64,000 bases of DNA, taken from the NCBI GenBank assembly GCA_030704615.1, contig CM060733.1:73718001-73782000 (forward strand), read 5' to 3'. Below are positions 23,555 to 35,735 of this stretch, piece after piece (the stretch's first letter is position 1; every line of letters begins with the position of its first letter). A model generated the notes under the pieces. That model was given only the letters and a program-made list of their open reading frames with translations. It was not told the origin of the DNA and searched no databases. Source of the stretch: Takakia lepidozioides. Taxonomy: Eukaryota; Plantae; Bryophyta. The position numbers were made by a program, and so were the translations under genes.

Positions 23555-25921
23555 GGTGAGCTTTTGTGGTGCTTTGCCCTCCACTGGGCCTTGTGCTAAC
23601 CAGACCTGCATAAGGTGGTTATCCACCAAGTTGCTTGTGGTTCCTCTGAGAGTGTGCTCCTCTCTTAGTTTGTACACATCTAATTGCTGTTGTAAAGCCT
23701 CCATGCGCTTCGCATGAGGTTCAACCAAATTCGCATAGGCAGCAAGTAGATTATTGGCTTCCTTCCAAGCCTTGTTATTGACCGAGATTTCATTTCTATT
23801 GGCCATGATCGTTTGTTGGAACTCCAGGATGTGCTTCTCTTGATCAGCTTCAATCTGCCTGTATTGCTTGAAAGTATCATCATTGCGATAGATTGTATTC
23901 TTCATATCGACAATGAGTTTCATTTGCTCAACATTCTCTGCTTTTGCCTTCATACTTTTTTCTGCTTGACTGTTTATTTCTTTGTAGTTTGGTCAAGCAT
24001 AGTTGTGAGTGTAGCACATTGTATGGCCATCCTGTCATGCACTGTCTACAACTCCGTATGTAGTGCATTCACTTCTTGCAACTTGCTTTCATGCTGCACC
24101 TGCATTTGGTATAGCTGTTGCTTATGTGCTTCGTGCAACTGGTCTTGCGCGAGGCCTACCTCAATCAATTGTTTCTTGGCCAATTGCAAAGCTGCTTCTG
24201 TATTCTCCAAGTCTTGCTGCATCTTGAGAGTGACCTCCTCATCGACCTTGTTTGCCACACTCAGTGGCTAGTCGAGCCTCAAACTCCTTCCTGAGTTCCT
24301 CTCTCAAGGCTGTCAATTGGGTAGTTGGAACATGGGATTTGACATAAGTCCCCAACAAATTAAGTGTCCTGCCTATGGAACTCATCAGCATTGCCTGTTG
24401 AGGGTCATCATGGTGAGGTTGCTGCTGTTCCTCCTGATCCTCAACCGTGTGATGTCTCACGAACCACTCAGGCCATTGTCCCACCGGATTTTCTTTCCTG
24501 AACCATTTCATCCATCACCGGTGCTGCAGTGTCTTGACATTCTACCTGTGGTACCTCCGACACAGGTGTGTGTATTATATGCACATGAGGATTTCCCTTG
24601 GGCAACAATTGCACCTCTGGAATCTCTGTCTCCTTGACCAGACCAGAATATTCATAGAGAAGGTCCCCCTTCTCAATTTCTGCCACTATCTGTTCTGTAG
24701 TTGGAATATCTAACCCTTCTTTTTCCAAATCAATTATTTCTAGTTGAGCTGCATGGACAACTTGTAACCTTGTGACAAGCCGCTCATCTGGCTGTGATGG
24801 TTGTGATACTGAAGTAACTTGCTTGCTCTTCCCTCTCTGAAGGTCCTGCTTCTAGTAATAGCAGTTCTCTGTGCTACTGTGCCCCTTCCTGCACAAAAAC
24901 TTGAGAAACATTATCATGTGGATTCCGTGAAGCCAGTGATCCGCCACTACAGTCTTTCCCCGCCTCTGTCTCTTATTCTCGTGTTGTCTTGCCATTCCAC
25001 CCTCACTGTGTGAAGAGCCTTGCTCTTCCATTGCAGTGGTTTCTGGCTCAAACACTCCCATCTCCTTTCTTTCTCGAGCATCAAGGATGCCAGAATCAAG
25101 AATTATTTGAGCAATGATTGGGCCAGACAGTATGATAGGAGACTTTGCGGCAGTACCCTGTAATCTTTTCATCTCCTCTACCAGTGCGTTGTACATTATG
25201 TCCGCCCATTCTACCTCTTCTCCTCTCAGGGCTTTGAGTATTTCCTCTGTGAAGGATCTGCTCAAATACTGTTGGTTCTGTTTCATGGCAAACAGAACGT
25301 TCAATACCTGGTCTACCTCCTTAAGCCCTGGGTACACGGCCTTGGTACAAGCGTAACCCTGAGTTTTAAAGAAACTCCCTTCTTGGAATAAGTCCCCTAT
25401 TTGCAGTCTTGCCCTGTGCTCCTCCACATGCACCTGGCCTGCTGGCAATCGAAACAATTGCTGTAGGTATAGGGGAGTAATTACTAATTCAACTCCCTTC
25501 ACCGTTGTTGCTCCTGTCCTTGGCTCAAAATTCTGTAAGAATTGTAACATGTACTGTCTATGGTGCAATGTCCAATCTTTGCTTTGCAATCCTTGCAATC
25601 TCAGCTCCTTCAGTATCTGCATCACCTGTGGGGTAGCAATTGTTTGTTTCTGCAGAATTGTGGTGCTCTTCACCCTGATTTCCTCCATTCCTCTCACTCT
25701 CTTCATTCTAGACCCACAGAACTGTTTTGGCTGTAACAATTGAAGAAATGTCTGTAGTGCACAAAGCATAAACGTATGGTTGCCACAAAAAGCTATGGGT
25801 ATTTTTTGTAAGCCTGTGGAGCTTGCAAGCATCCATCAAGAGAAAAGCTCCGCTCTGTTCTTTCATGTCTATGCCACTGCGTAAGTAATATTGCGAGCGT
25901 ATAGTCTGTTAGTTCCTCCAT
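23555..25921 (-). pseudogene. Extra ORF3, 5' part (copy B), frameshifted
   Basis: MEELTDYTLAILL... homologous to 40612-42970. Confidence 0.88.
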
Positions 25922-26416
25922 AGCTTCCAAGCTATAGCATTGATGGTCTGTCCCGTCGAGACGCCCGTTACTTAGAACGACGCCGACTCTTGCGCTTAAA
26001 TTCCCTCTAATTTCTTGATCCTTTTTTTGGTTTTCGATTGGTTGTAACCGCTGTGACTGGATTTTAAATTTAATTTTCTTTAGTGGACTTTCCCTGCTAG
26101 ATTGTCCACTAGGATCACACATGTGACAAGAATTTCGCTTTTCTGTATTTGTTGTTTGTTCCGTTCCCCTTTTTCCGTATTCATTAATGGGCCCGCCATT
26201 CATCCGAATTGATGCGCTAAGTAGGTACTTTGACGGCCATCTTTGTCCTCTTTCTTGATGACACCTGTTCTTGCACTTCCTTCTCAGCTGTGTGTCGCGC
26301 CCTGACTTCCACGTGTCTATTTTTAAACTGGTTTCCGTCTTTTCTTCCGTCGGCCATTTTCCTGAAGTTATTGTGCGCCCACCTGTCACTGATTCTATGG
26401 ATCGTGTAACCCTAGT

Positions 26417-26660
26417 AGGCTGTGTTGAGCTGTGACAGACTGTGTCATACTGTGGTACGCTGTGATAGGCTGTGATGCACTGTGGTAAGCTGTGATAGGC
26501 TGTGACATGCGGTGGTAGGTTGTGATAGGTTGTGTTGCGCCGTGCTGGGCTGTGATAGGCTGTGTCACGTTGTGATGGGCTGTGATAGGCTGTGTTTCGC
26601 CTTGATAGGCTGTGATAGGCAGTGTCACGTCGTGATGGACTGTGATAGGCTGTGTCACGC
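26417..26660 (-). repeat. 30-bp tandem repeat downstream of integrase (acagcctatcacagccc...)
   Basis: Encodes (R)DTAYHSP repeats; also at 39966-40115 and 55811-56025. Confidence 0.9.
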
Positions 26661-26809
26661 TTGTTCTGCCCGCCCTGGTCATATATGCTTGGCCTAGCGA
26701 CAAGTGCTCCATACTCCGTTGGTAACACTGGCGCAGCCCGTGACTGCTCTTGCGTTTCAACATGCAAATCGTGCTGCAATGGTTTGTCATGGATACCACT
26801 GTATCCCTT

Positions 26810-29800
26810 TAACTTATTGGCATTGACTCTTCCCAGCATTTCTTTGTTAATGGTTTGTAACATGGCGGTGTTGTTATCATACATCTTTGTATGACATAAG
26901 GTCCTTTCCATGGTGATTTAAGCTTAGAAGCTTTAATTTTTCCCTTCTTCTGCAACCATAGAACCAAATGTCCCGTCTTAAAAAGTTTTTAACTTGTTTT
27001 CGTCAAACTGTTCCTTCCTCTTCATCTGAATTCTGGTCATATTATCAGCTGCATCAACACGTACTTCTTCCACATGGTATAATTCATGTTCCTGACCTTA
27101 ATGGAATCTTGCAATTCCATTCTCTTTCCCCACTCCGTTCTCATGGTAGATAACAAGAATTCCACTGGAAGTAAGGCTTCCATACCATAAACTAATTGGA
27201 ATGGTGTATACTTAGTGGTGACTTTATATGAAGTCCTGTATGACCACAAAGCTGTCAACAGCTTTGTATCCCAATCCGTTCTGTTTGCATTGACTATCTT
27301 AGCCAAGATAGTACATAGTATTTTGTTGGTAGCCTCTGCCTGTCCATTACCCTGTGGGTAATATGTTGTACTCTTCCTATGCACAATCATGAATTCTTTA
27401 GTCAATAATTCAATGGTCTCATTAATGAAGTGACTTCCCTGATCACTGATAAATTCTAAGGGACAGCCAAATCGTGTAAGTATGTTCTCATACAAGAACC
27501 TTGTTGTGGACTTGGCTGTGTTGTCCCTCAAAGCTTTAGCTTCCACCCACTTTGTAGTATAATCAGTGGCTGTAATTATGTACCTGTTCCGTGTATTCTT
27601 GGCTGGTGGGTTAATCGGTCCAACAAAACCTAGTCCCCATTTCTGAAATGGTTCCGTAGGCATTGTAGGATGCAAGGCCATCCTTCCAGATCTCTGCAAA
27701 GGTCCTAGCCTCTGACATTCATCACAACTCTGACAATACTCGTGTACATCTTTGAACAAAGTAGGCCACCAGTAACCTGCGAGTAGTATCTTCCTACTGG
27801 TAGTCTCTTCTCCAAAATGACCTCCAGCCACTCCTTTATGAACTTCCTCCAAAACTTTATTTACTTCATGGTGGTACAAGCATCGTTTTAGTACTCCATC
27901 AGGTCCTCCTTATACATTCTGCTTCCTACCATAGTATAAGGTAAAGCTTTGATAGCGATTCTCTTCCTCTGCTCCTTACCATAACTAGGTGGGCATTGAC
28001 CATGAGTAAGGTAGTATCTGATTGGCCACTGCCAATCTAACCATCATCTGCACTTCCTTGCACCTCCATTATAAATAAACTCGCATCAGGTAACTGATCG
28101 TCCACTCCTGTGCGGCCTCTCCTGTTGTTAGTCGTGACAAATGATCTGCTACAAGATGCAAACGGCCAGGCTTGTAAATAACCTCGAACTCAAACTCATG
28201 CAAGATTAATAACCACCTCGCTATCCTTCCACTTATCAAAGGTTTGTTCACCAGATATATCAGAGCCTGGTGATCCACATAAACATAAACTTTCTTCCCA
28301 ATAGGTAATGCCTGAATTTCTTGACTGCATAAATCATTGCTAGTGCTTCTCTTTCAGTTCTGCTATAGTTCCTTTCAGCACTGTTCATCAACCTGCTAGC
28401 ATAGTACACAGGTGAATCTATATTTCCTGTAACATTCTGGGCTAACACCGCTCCCAACGCTTCTCCTGATGCATCGCAGTGAACATGAAATACTACATGC
28501 CAGTGAGGGTTAATCAACACAGGTGTAGTTGTTACTGACAGTGTAAATTCCTCAAACGCCTGTTGACATTCAGCTGTCCAGGCAAACACTGCATCTTTCT
28601 TTAGAAGCTTGCTCAATGGTGCTGCTATTTGTGCATACCTTTTGACAAATCTTCTGTAATAACTGGTTTGCCCAAGGAATCTCCTTAAACTCTTAACATT
28701 CACTGGTGGTGGAGAGGCTTTAATGGACTCTGTCTTTCCTGGGATCCACAAGAAGTCCCTTCTTACACACAATGTGTCCCAGAAGCACCCCTGAGTTCAC
28801 ACAGAAAGTACACTTCTCTGGATTCAAGCCCAGACCTCTCATCCTGCATCTGGCCAGACATAACTCCAATTTATGCAAGTGCTCATTCTTAGAGCTGTAC
28901 ACACCGAAATCATCCAAGAACACCTGCATGAAATCATCCAGATACTCATGAAAAGATTCACTTATTACTCTTTGAAAGGTTGCTGGTGCATTACAAAGTC
29001 TAAAGGGCATGACTTTGTATGCATAAGCACCCCAGTCTGTAATGAAAGCTGTCTTTCCTTGATCTTCTTCTGCCACTTGCACTTGATTATAACCACTGAA
29101 ACCATCCATGAATGTACATCTCATGGCCTGCCACAGTGTCCAATACTGCTTCTGTGAATGGCAAAGGGAAAGGATCTTTCTTCGTACAAGCATTCAGCTT
29201 CTTGTAGTTCTCACATACTCTTAGTTTACCATTCTTCTTGGGAACTATAACAATGGGTGACAACCAAGTTGTATACTCTATTGGGTATATAAACTTAGCC
29301 TCAGCCAACTTCTTAATCTCCAACCTTCTGTGCGTAGTTGGGATTCATTCTGTACCTCGCCTGCTTGATTGGTACTGACCCTGGTTCCAGTTCAATCTTA
29401 TGCTGACAGACTTCAGGTGGTATCCCTTTTAGATCCTCATAGCTCTAAGCAAATACATCTCTGTATTTGATGAACAAGCTTTTAGCTTCTTCAAAGAATT
29501 CCGGCTCCAAATCAGCTCCTACTTTCACCATCCTCGATTCCTCTTTAGTTCCCACATTCACTTCCCTCACCTGCTCATCAGCTGTGATTGTCCAACCAGT
29601 CACCACTTCATCCTGTAAGCTCACAGTGGCTGGTTCCTCTAGGATTTCCATTTCTCCTTCTCTTTCTTCATAGAAATGTGATGGGTAACTGCTGGTTTTC
29701 TCTTCAGTTGGTGTTGCTGTCACTACACCACAGCAGATACCTTTTAAACAACTTAGGCTTTCCAGCCGCATCTCTGCAACCTGCTCCCACTCTGGGTGTG

Positions 29801-29995
29801 CAGCAAATAGGGTAGCTTCCTGCTCCTCATCCAGTCCTCCTTTCCAGTCATACTCTCTGACTCCTCGAGGTCTTCTCATAGCAGGTAATCTACTAGATTT
29901 CTTTGTGGTAATTTGTATCTCGTGTATCCCATTATGCACGGTTAGTAACTGAAAATTCCAGTCATGGAATACCCTGGCCTGTTTCAGCCACGGAC
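26810..29995 (-). pseudogene. pol: pol of copy B: protease end - RT - RNase H - integrase
   Basis: PWLKQARV, MDGFSGYNQ, VFLDD, HCDASG, EREALA, GGHFG...CDEC, SDQGSHF, QAEATNK. Confidence 0.95.
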
Positions 29996-30986
29996 TGTTA
30001 GAGGACTGTCTGGGACTTAGACACTTATACGGGATTTGTAGGGTACCCTTAATTTTTGCACAGACTGAGACCAACAGGAGCCTTAGTGGTGATAGCAGCG
30101 CACTGTAGAGGGGGGTTACACAGTCCGTCACAGTCGTCACAGCCGACATAGCCACACAGTCAGTCACAGCCGACACAGCCATCACAGCCAACACAGCCCG
30201 TCACAGCCGACACAACCACACAGCCAGTCACAGCCAACACAGCCCGTCACAGCCTAACACAGCCACACACAGTCGCACAGCCAATCACAGCCCGTCACAG
30301 TTTCACACAGCCAATCACAGCTTGACACAACTGTCACGACCAGAGGGAACGGAGAGCAGGACAGGGAACGACTGTGGGGAACAACACCTGCAAATGGAAC
30401 ATGTTAGTTCACGGACAACGGCTAGTGAGGGAAACGGTTAGAGCCACGAGTAGGAAGATAAAGGGAGAAGCAAGGACTGAGAGAGGGATATATATTCTTG
30501 GAAGCACTTCAGGGAGAGGGACTTCTTGGTCATGCATGAGAGGGGATCGGACGGAGAGTAAAGATGGAGACCACGGTGAAGGAGGAAAGATGATTAGTAG
30601 ATGCTTGTTATATGCAAAGCTGTAGTGATATTGTAGAGCAGATTAGAGACACAATGGCTTCGGCCTGATACCTGATAAATCATAATCTGATACTTATACG
30701 ATACAATCACACTGTGTAGAGAGATCTGAGTGAAGCTGTGGAATGAATGCATGAGTTGATGGAATCCGATAGATTGATGAAGCAAACTGATACTTAATTA
30801 GTAATGGTAAGGTAGCTAACATGAATGCGGAAAGGGAAACAAATAGGAAACACCCCCATGATACACTAGCTATAGGTCATGACTGATTGTTCTGCGCGGG
30901 CTGAGTACTTAGAGATTTCCAACTCTTCTATCTTGGAGTTTCCGCCTCGGATAGCGAAGGGAGGGGTGAGTAAAAGCCGTGCGACA
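29996..30986 (+). repeat. 5' LTR of copy C
   Basis: TG...CA, followed by a PBS. Confidence 0.95.
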
Positions 30987-30988
30987 TT

Positions 30989-31006
30989 TGGCGACCGTAC
31001 TGGGAG
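30989..31006 (+). promoter_or_regulatory. Primer binding site, probably tRNA-Arg
   Basis: TGGCGACCGTACTGGGAG 2 nt after the LTR; copy B has TGGCGACCATACTGGGA at 48749-48765 (-). The tRNA assignment is inferred. Confidence 0.8.
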
Positions 31007-31009
31007 ACT

Positions 31010-31573
31010 GAGTCATGAACAACCAGATGTGACAGGCATCTGGTGGGATCATGGTGGTTGGACCATTAAAGAATTTGAAGTGAATCAAATTCCTGTGGAA
31101 CGAAGGAAGAAAGATTGTCCAAACAATTCTTTCAAAGGTTCTTGGAATTGCCAGACGGTTGTAAGGAAAATATTCTTAAGCAAGTGCATGATGCTGATCC
31201 GGAATGGGGTCTGGAGAAAGGAGTGATAAAGATTTATCACGTAGCCTGTAGAGGAAGAGCACGTTGGTTACCAACGTTGGTTTATGTGATAGCATTGCTA
31301 TCCATTAAGCGAGTAGAGTTTGAAGGCTGGGAAGAAAGAAAGGTGAATGTTTATACTCATATGCATGAAGAGCTTCTACTGGTAAAGAATTGGATTCCAA
31401 AGGATATTTTGTGGATCAAACTCACACCAAGAACAGCTTTCCAGACTTGTTTGTTATATGGTTATATGGTAACGGAGACTTCAAGTATAGCCAAGGGTGC
31501 ATTGAAGCTTGAAAGAAACCCAGGCATATACGAGAGATATTATAGAAGAGAGTTTTGGTTATTTCCACATTAA
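31010..31573 (+). pseudogene. Extra ORF0 between PBS and gag, unknown function
   Basis: TGIWWDHGGWTIKEF...REFWLFPH is conserved in copy B (48195-48726, -) with different frameshifts. Confidence 0.55.
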
Positions 31574-31594
31574 AAGAAATGAAAGACATGGGAC

Positions 31595-34187
31595 ATGAGT
31601 GATGAAAGAGAAGCTAGACGCCAGAGATATTCAGCAAAAAGAGAAAGCTATCTGAAAGCTAATTATCCATATCTTTGGGAGAGAGGAATAGACATAGGGG
31701 AATCATCTGGACCTCTCACACCATTAAGATCAAAGAGTACATCACCCATACCGGAAGAACTAGTTGGATGCCACTCCTTCTGTTTCTTTGCAAGAAAGAT
31801 TAAGGGAATTGGTACAGGAAGAAGATCAATCACGAGGTGAAAGATCTGAGGTACATCCCTGGATAAAAGATTTGACAGAAATCTTTGATAAGAGTTGGCA
31901 TGGAACACCAAAAGCAGGAACTCCAGTTTCTGAAGCAGAAGGTGAAGAATGAGAAGAGGATGTGGCAGAGCCAACAGGGAGTTCAGACTCTCCAACACCA
32001 TTACAGTTGAGTTACATGAGTGAAGAAGAAACCCAAGGGCAGAACTTGGAGGATGAAAACATAGAGAAGAAATTGGAAGAGGAAGAATATGAAGAAGTAG
32101 ACCCAACAGCTGAGGTTGAGACTACAACCAGGACATCCCAACCCGTTGGACCTGGATCAAGTGGAGCACTTGGATCACAGGCCAACAAAGGTGTCGGCTC
32201 AGGGGATCAGGGGGCTGCCTGGATCTGGCTTTGGGGGGAAGGGAGTGTGGGAAGTAGTGCAACTGAAGCTGGGAATACTGTGAATATGGTGGGGCCGGAA
32301 GCAGGGAGTGCTCAAGGGCCACACAAAAAACAACATGTCCAGAAGGACCAGCACCAGCAAGGGTGCCAGCACCTGTCAGTGGGCAGAAGGTATGGCCACA
32401 GATGGCGTTACAACCAACACGGGCAAAACCACCCTTTCCAATATATTCAGGAAAAGGGGATCCCGATGACACATTAGCCAATTTGAGCACATGTGTATAG
32501 TGAACAATGAGAATGGCGATGATGCAAGATGAGACTGTTTCCTTGTTCACTTATCAAGAAAGCAAGTGAATGGTATGCAAGATTCCCTGATAATCATTTC
32601 CTAACCTGGAATGGCTTGAATACAACATTTCGAAATAGGTTCAGGACAAGTAAAACTGAGGATGAAGTGTATGGAAGTTTACAACAGTTAAAGCAAAAGA
32701 AGCATGAAACTGTTCAGGAGTATATGGAAAAGATGGAATTGATGATGAAAAAGCTGGCTGTAGTACCAGCACCCGGTTTATATAAGACTTGGTTTGTGAG
32801 TGGACTAAGACCAGAGTTGCAAAAGAAAGTGGATATGTTACCCCCATAATACAGTGGAGGAGGCATTTGAAACTGCAAACAGAATTGAGCAATTGGGAAT
32901 GCTCAGGAGAGAGAAAAGGGATGATGAGGACTCTGAGGATGAGTCAGATGAAGAAGAAGAGCAAGAACTAAAAAGGAAGAGTAAGAGAAAGGAGAAGTTC
33001 AAGAGGGATAACTATGAAAAAAGATTGGAAGAAATCTTGAAGAAGTATGCCACAGAGGCTGCAACACATTGGAGGAAGGGTGTATGGTGTGCAAAGTGCC
33101 AGAATGAAGGCCATACCACCACAGAATCCACATGAAGGAGAAACAACTGTACTATCTGTAAAATGGATAACCATTCTACTGAGAATTGTTACTACAACAG
33201 AAGGACAGCTGCAAGAGAACCTAGGCAAGTAAGGGTGGCATCAGGTGCCAGCCCCAGCCAAGACAGAAACAATGATCAGGACCACTATGGAGGTATGGGG
33301 TGGTATAAACAAATGGCATGGACAAAGGAGAAGGTAATCAAAGAGGGAATTACCAAGGAAATAGAGGCAACTATCCGGGTAATCCAAGGGAATTACCAGC
33401 CCGGGAATCAGGATTACAGAAATAATCCAAGAACAGACCAAGGGCGAGGACCCAATGGTGAAGAACTATGTTACTATTGTAATCAGCCAGGACATCGCAA
33501 GGCAGCCTGTTCATTCTGGATTAGACACCAGAATGAGATGAAAGCTCCTGTGAATGAGGGCCCAGTGGTGGCAGCTCACATGGTTAGGCCATGTGTTGTA
33601 CCAGAAGTAAGTACAATGATAGTAACAAGAAGTAAAGCCAAACCAATACCTCCAGTAGTAGAGGAAGAAGATGATAATGAAGGTGGCAGTGATATGCCTG
33701 AAGATGATGAGGCTTGGAGAGATGAGAAGGAACTGCACAAGGAAGTGGCAGATACCATAAGGGAAATGCAGAAGAGTACTGATATTCCTGTGGCAGATTC
33801 CTCTGATTCTGATGGAGAAGAAGAAGGGAGGGAGGATGAAAGGAAGAAAGAAGATGCAGACATGCAAAGTAATGAAGAGACTTTGGCTGAAGTAATATGC
33901 CAGACCAAAGCAGAAATTACCATTGGACAGCTATTGGCTGTGGCACCTTATTGTAGGCACAGGCTGTATCAAGCAATCAATCGAATTGCCCAGGAGACAG
34001 GAAACACAGACCTGAACAGCAAGGTGACCAGTTATAATGTAAAGCCGGAAGGGCGAGAAACAGTCATGGACTTTGATGATTCTATGCCAGTAATCCAATT
34101 GAGAATTGGAAGCACAGAACTAACTGATGTACTGATAGATGGAGGTTCTGGAGTAAATATCATGACAGACCAATTAAGAAAGAAGCT
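31595..34187 (+). pseudogene. gag: gag - protease start (copy C), frameshifted
   Basis: RLFPCSL..ASEWY, WFVSGL, CCHC knuckles, VLIDGGSGVNIM. Confidence 0.9.
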
Positions 34188-34370
34188 GATAGAGGACTGT
34201 CGGGGACTTAGACACTTATACGGGATTTGTAGGGTACCCTTAATTTTTGCACAGACTGAGACCAACAGGAGCCTTAGGGGTGACAACAGCGCACTGTAGA
34301 GGGGGGTTACACAGCCCGTCACAGTCGTCACAGCAGACACAGCCGACACAGCCAACACAGCCCGTCACAG
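34188..34370 (+). repeat. LTR 5' fragment
   Basis: tagaggactgtc...cccgtcacag matches the start of the LTR. Confidence 0.85.
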
Positions 34371-35183
34371 GGGGGTTGCTATTCCATGAGCTCATGAGCG
34401 GGCATGGCTCACCCATGAGCCGCAAAGTAACACACTTCGAATTTCGGCAGATTTTTTTCAGGCCCAAAACTATAAAATAATCAAAAATCGAAGATTTCCG
34501 CGCTCATGCTGGAAGCACTCCGCTCATGAGTACCAGTGTACGCTCATGACTTGGAGCCCAGGCTCATGGACCGCTAGGCCAGGTCATAGAAAAACTGAAT
34601 TCTGGGCAATAACGGCACCGAAATTATCCCAGAGGCAGAGACGCAAGCGGAATTAGGATCCGGGTTTGCAGACTCCGAAAACGCAATGGCGACCTATAAC
34701 CGTGGATAGTACTGTTGCAGAAGTGCATGATGGTTGGGTATAACGGCGCCGTAATTGGGCACAGGAAAAGAAATAGCCGGCTGAAGGCTCGGGAGTGAAG
34801 CCAACAACGGTGAAAGTAATTGGGCTCCACCAACCAAATACCCGGAGTGCAGGCGATAACGGCGCCGAAATGGGCCCCGAAAACCAAATACTCGGTTGAA
34901 GCCACCGGAGTGCAGCCGATAACGGCGCCGAAATTGGGTCCAGAAACCAAATACCCGGCTAAAGGCTAGGGATTGCAACCAATAACGGCGCCGAAATTGA
35001 CCTGCGGAAACAAAATTCTCGGCTGAAGCTTCCGCACTCCATCCAATAACGGCGCCAAAATTGGGCTCCGGAGAGCAAATACCCGCCTTACGGTAAGGGA
35101 GGCCTTGCTCTCATTTTGCTCTTCACTCTTCTTTGTTGTGCCCATCTCCTCCCTGCTTTGAGTTTGTGCTATGTCGTGAGGCC

Positions 35184-35735
35184 ATGTCGTGCCCGAATCA
35201 CATCTATCGACGCCAGACGGGAGTCATTTTCCCGAAAGCACACGACATCATTGTTTTCCTGGATGTTTACAGGGACGATCCTCGACTTGTCCAGCTGAGA
35301 GCAATGAAGTTTCTTCCAGGATTGCACGATTCTCCTGGACCCCGGCTGGGGAGCAGGTGGTTCCTACGCATCATGGACTTGGACTTTCCGCATGAGTGGG
35401 AGCCGAATAGATCACGCACAGCGTTGCTGTATCGTTGGAATTGTTGCGAGTGGACGTATGATGAGTGCATAGGTGAAAACTTTACGCGTGGACGGACTGG
35501 CTCGGAAAGTGGGGACATTCTCTTCAGTTATGAGGATGAGGAGGAGGGGAACACAGGGCCCACTGTGAAAATGTCCTTCTACCAAGGGGGCGCTATCGAT
35601 AAACACGACATCCTCGTTAGTTTCAACCGGGCGACAGAAACCACTGACATTTTGTTCAAATATAGGCACCCGGTCACTCAGGAGGTCCTTGAGAGGCCAG
35701 TTAGAGTTCCTTCTTCTTGGGCGAGGGGACCATAG
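35184..35735 (+). CDS. Accessory ORF X of the MULE-like element, unknown function
   Basis: Intact ~183-aa ORF from ATG 35184 with HDIIVFL / GDILFSY / HDILVSF motifs resembling ORF-a and ORF-b. Confidence 0.55.
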   Translation: MSCPNHIYRRQTGVIFPKAHDIIVFLDVYRDDPRLVQLRAMKFLPGLHDSPGPRLGSRWFLRIMDLDFPHEWEPNRSRTALLYRWNCCEWTYDECIGENFTRGRTGSESGDILFSYEDEEEGNTGPTVKMSFYQGGAIDKHDILVSFNRATETTDILFKYRHPVTQEVLERPVRVPSSWARGP

